Origin: an uncultured Mycobacterium sp.
GTDB taxonomy: Bacteria; Actinomycetota; Actinomycetes; Mycobacteriales; Mycobacteriaceae
DNA: 32,525 nucleotides
Reading direction: 5' to 3'
Assembly (NCBI GenBank): GCA_964598975.1
Contig: CAZRFC010000004.1
Span: 1 to 32,525, forward strand
Position numbers and translations under genes: made by a program. Shown one piece after another: positions 31,020-32,525 of the stretch. Position 1 is the stretch's first letter; each line of letters starts with the position of its first letter. The notes under the pieces are model-generated. The model worked only from the letters and a program-made list of their open reading frames with translations. It searched no databases and was not told where the DNA came from.

Positions 31020-31579
31020 GTCGTGCCCTTTCGGATGGCGTCGGCGCACTCGTGCCGCGTGTCGTGCTTCCAGTTCCCATTGACGTGCCTCTCCTCGCAC
31101 ACCTTCGCGCACCGCTCCCGCTCTGCCAGTACAGCGGCGCGGAGTTGGTCGGCGGCAGCTTCGGCCTGCATCTCCAGCTCGGCCACTCGCGCCTCAGCTT
31201 TCAGCGCACGCTCGCGCAACTTCTCCTGCGACTTGTAGGCGTGCCAACTACCGCCAGCACGCACGCTCTTGGTGATGGCTTCCACATCCTCGGGCGTGAG
31301 TTCGGTCATTGGCTTGGCCGGCGTGATGACTACGCGCCCAGCCTCCCAATCGAAGCCTGCGGCGATGCTGTCCACCTCGGTGGTGCCGTGGCCTGACATG
31401 CCGCCCGGATTGAACTTGCGCACGACAAGACGCCAACGACGTGATCCGCCCATCTTCTGAATACGTTGCAAGTGTTCGATCGCGGCATCAAGGCCGAATC
31501 CCTTTGAGGGCTCTGGCAGCGGCGGCAGATCGTCGTTCACTTCATGTCCTTTCCGGTCCAGTAGTTCGCGGTCAGTCAT
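31016..31579 (-). CDS. Hypothetical phage protein, 187 aa
   Basis: GGAG SD and ATGA overlaps at both ends. C-terminal AERERCAKVCE...CADAIR motif is common in phage accessory proteins. Confidence 0.75.
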   Translation of the reverse strand: MTDRELLDRKGHEVNDDLPPLPEPSKGFGLDAAIEHLQRIQKMGGSRRWRLVVRKFNPGGMSGHGTTEVDSIAAGFDWEAGRVVITPAKPMTELTPEDVEAITKSVRAGGSWHAYKSQEKLRERALKAEARVAELEMQAEAAADQLRAAVLAERERCAKVCEERHVNGNWKHDTRHECADAIRKGTT

Positions 31580-32082
31580 GTCTTCTCCGATGGAGGTACT
31601 GATGAGTCCGTGCCCCTCACGCCAGCGGCGGCTTCGGGCCACGCGCCCCAGCCCCAAGCCTGCTTGTCGTCGGTCGGATGCTTGTCGGTGCGCGGTCGCG
31701 AAGGCGTATCCCACGAACGGCCCTTGACCGTCCAGAGCAGCCGATAGCCGGCAGCTCGGAGACTTGCGCCGTCTTCGCTCGCCAGGATGTAGGTGAGGCC
31801 GCGCCGGAAGCCCTTGGCTACAGCGGCGCGGCGCGCGGCACCGTAGAGCATGCTGCATGCGTTCGGTGAGCCGTCCGTGCACAGGCGCGTGACTTCGACA
31901 GTCAGGCCGTCATCCAGCGCCCGAGCAACCGGCCGACCGCTCACCGCGACACCGCGCAGCACGCCAGAGTCGCAGTGCACGGCCTGCGACCACATATGGC
32001 CGACCGGAACGCCGTGGTGACGGTGTTGATCCGCGATGAACGCGAAAGCAACGTCGCGAGTGATTGGCCGCAGTTCAAGCAT
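31576..32082 (-). CDS. XF1762-family (Mom-like/GNAT-fold) putative DNA-modification protein, 168 aa
   Basis: HRHH, GVAVSGRPVARALDDG, EVTRLCTDG..NACSMLYGA, TYILASEDGASLRAAG. Confidence 0.85.
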   Translation of the reverse strand: MLELRPITRDVAFAFIADQHRHHGVPVGHMWSQAVHCDSGVLRGVAVSGRPVARALDDGLTVEVTRLCTDGSPNACSMLYGAARRAAVAKGFRRGLTYILASEDGASLRAAGYRLLWTVKGRSWDTPSRPRTDKHPTDDKQAWGWGAWPEAAAGVRGTDSSVPPSEKT

Positions 32083-32461
32083 TGCTGCTGCCCTCCCCAT
32101 CCGTTGCCGCGCCAGCGGCGGCAAGCCCGTTGTAAGGCCCGCCGTCGTCCACTCCAGGCTGGCCGAGTGGGTCCGTGCCCGCCACGCCATCAGGGTCGAG
32201 TGCAGCGGCCGCATCAAGTGCGGCTTGCTCCAGCTCGGAGAACCAGCGAACCGCTGCCACCTCATAACCGGCAAACTGGCTTCCGGGGTGGTGTGCCTTA
32301 TGGTCTGCGAGCCATTCCCGCGCGTCGCGTTCCGGGTTGATGCTGCTGCGATGATCGAAAGCGATGCAGTATCCCTTGTCCGTCGGGTTCTGCACGCGCC
32401 ACTCAACGGTGCCGGTTGCGAGCTTCCTGAGCGTGGCCGCAATGGTCTTTGCGTCAGCCAT
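32075..32461 (-). CDS. Hypothetical protein, 128 aa
   Basis: GGAGG SD and short overlaps with both neighbours. Confidence 0.72.
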   Translation of the reverse strand: MADAKTIAATLRKLATGTVEWRVQNPTDKGYCIAFDHRSSINPERDAREWLADHKAHHPGSQFAGYEVAAVRWFSELEQAALDAAAALDPDGVAGTDPLGQPGVDDGGPYNGLAAAGAATDGEGSSNA

Positions 32462-32525
32462 TCTTCGTTCCCTCCACGCCAGCGGTGCGTCTGACGACCG
32501 CGAGCACGCGATCTACGAGGCCGTG
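32454..32525 (-). CDS. 3' end of a gene entering from outside the window
   Basis: Open frame HGLVDRVLAVVRRTAGVEGTKNG* overlapping the next start. Confidence 0.5.
   Translation of the reverse strand, partial: HGLVDRVLAVVRRTAGVEGTKNG

Noticed and set aside
1-32525. CRISPR array, tRNA/rRNA genes, integrase, lysis cassette
   Set aside because: No regularly spaced repeats, cloverleaf-like sequence or recognisable integrase/endolysin motifs were found by eye. Intergenic gaps are short.

Overview
GC-rich segment of a tailed phage or prophage, probably podovirus-like and probably infecting Proteobacteria (host inferred from GC and protein style only). On the minus strand, read right to left: small accessory genes (including an XF1762/Mom-like protein and a stand-alone FtsK-gamma-like domain), then terS, terL, portal, scaffold, N4-gp56-type major capsid, head accessory proteins, adaptor, nozzle, tail fibre and ejection proteins with a GNAT. 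The strand ends in a giant (>3017 aa, runs off the left edge) DarB-like polyvalent protein. It is missing from the ORF track because it has no stop in the window. It carries ParB-like, C5-cytosine MTase-like, N6-adenine MTase and SNF2 helicase domains. The most striking observation is that its low-complexity linkers are alternative-frame read-outs of small same-strand genes nested inside it: two well supported (one TnpV-like) and one weaker, each with its own Shine-Dalgarno. Also notable: an amber-interrupted antisense HNH gene that separates the tail fibre from its apparent original start and leaves an ATA start, an oppositely oriented five-gene module with virion-like proteins, and a shared end-of-gene motif in the accessory genes. 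All family assignments come from motif recognition by eye, not database searches.
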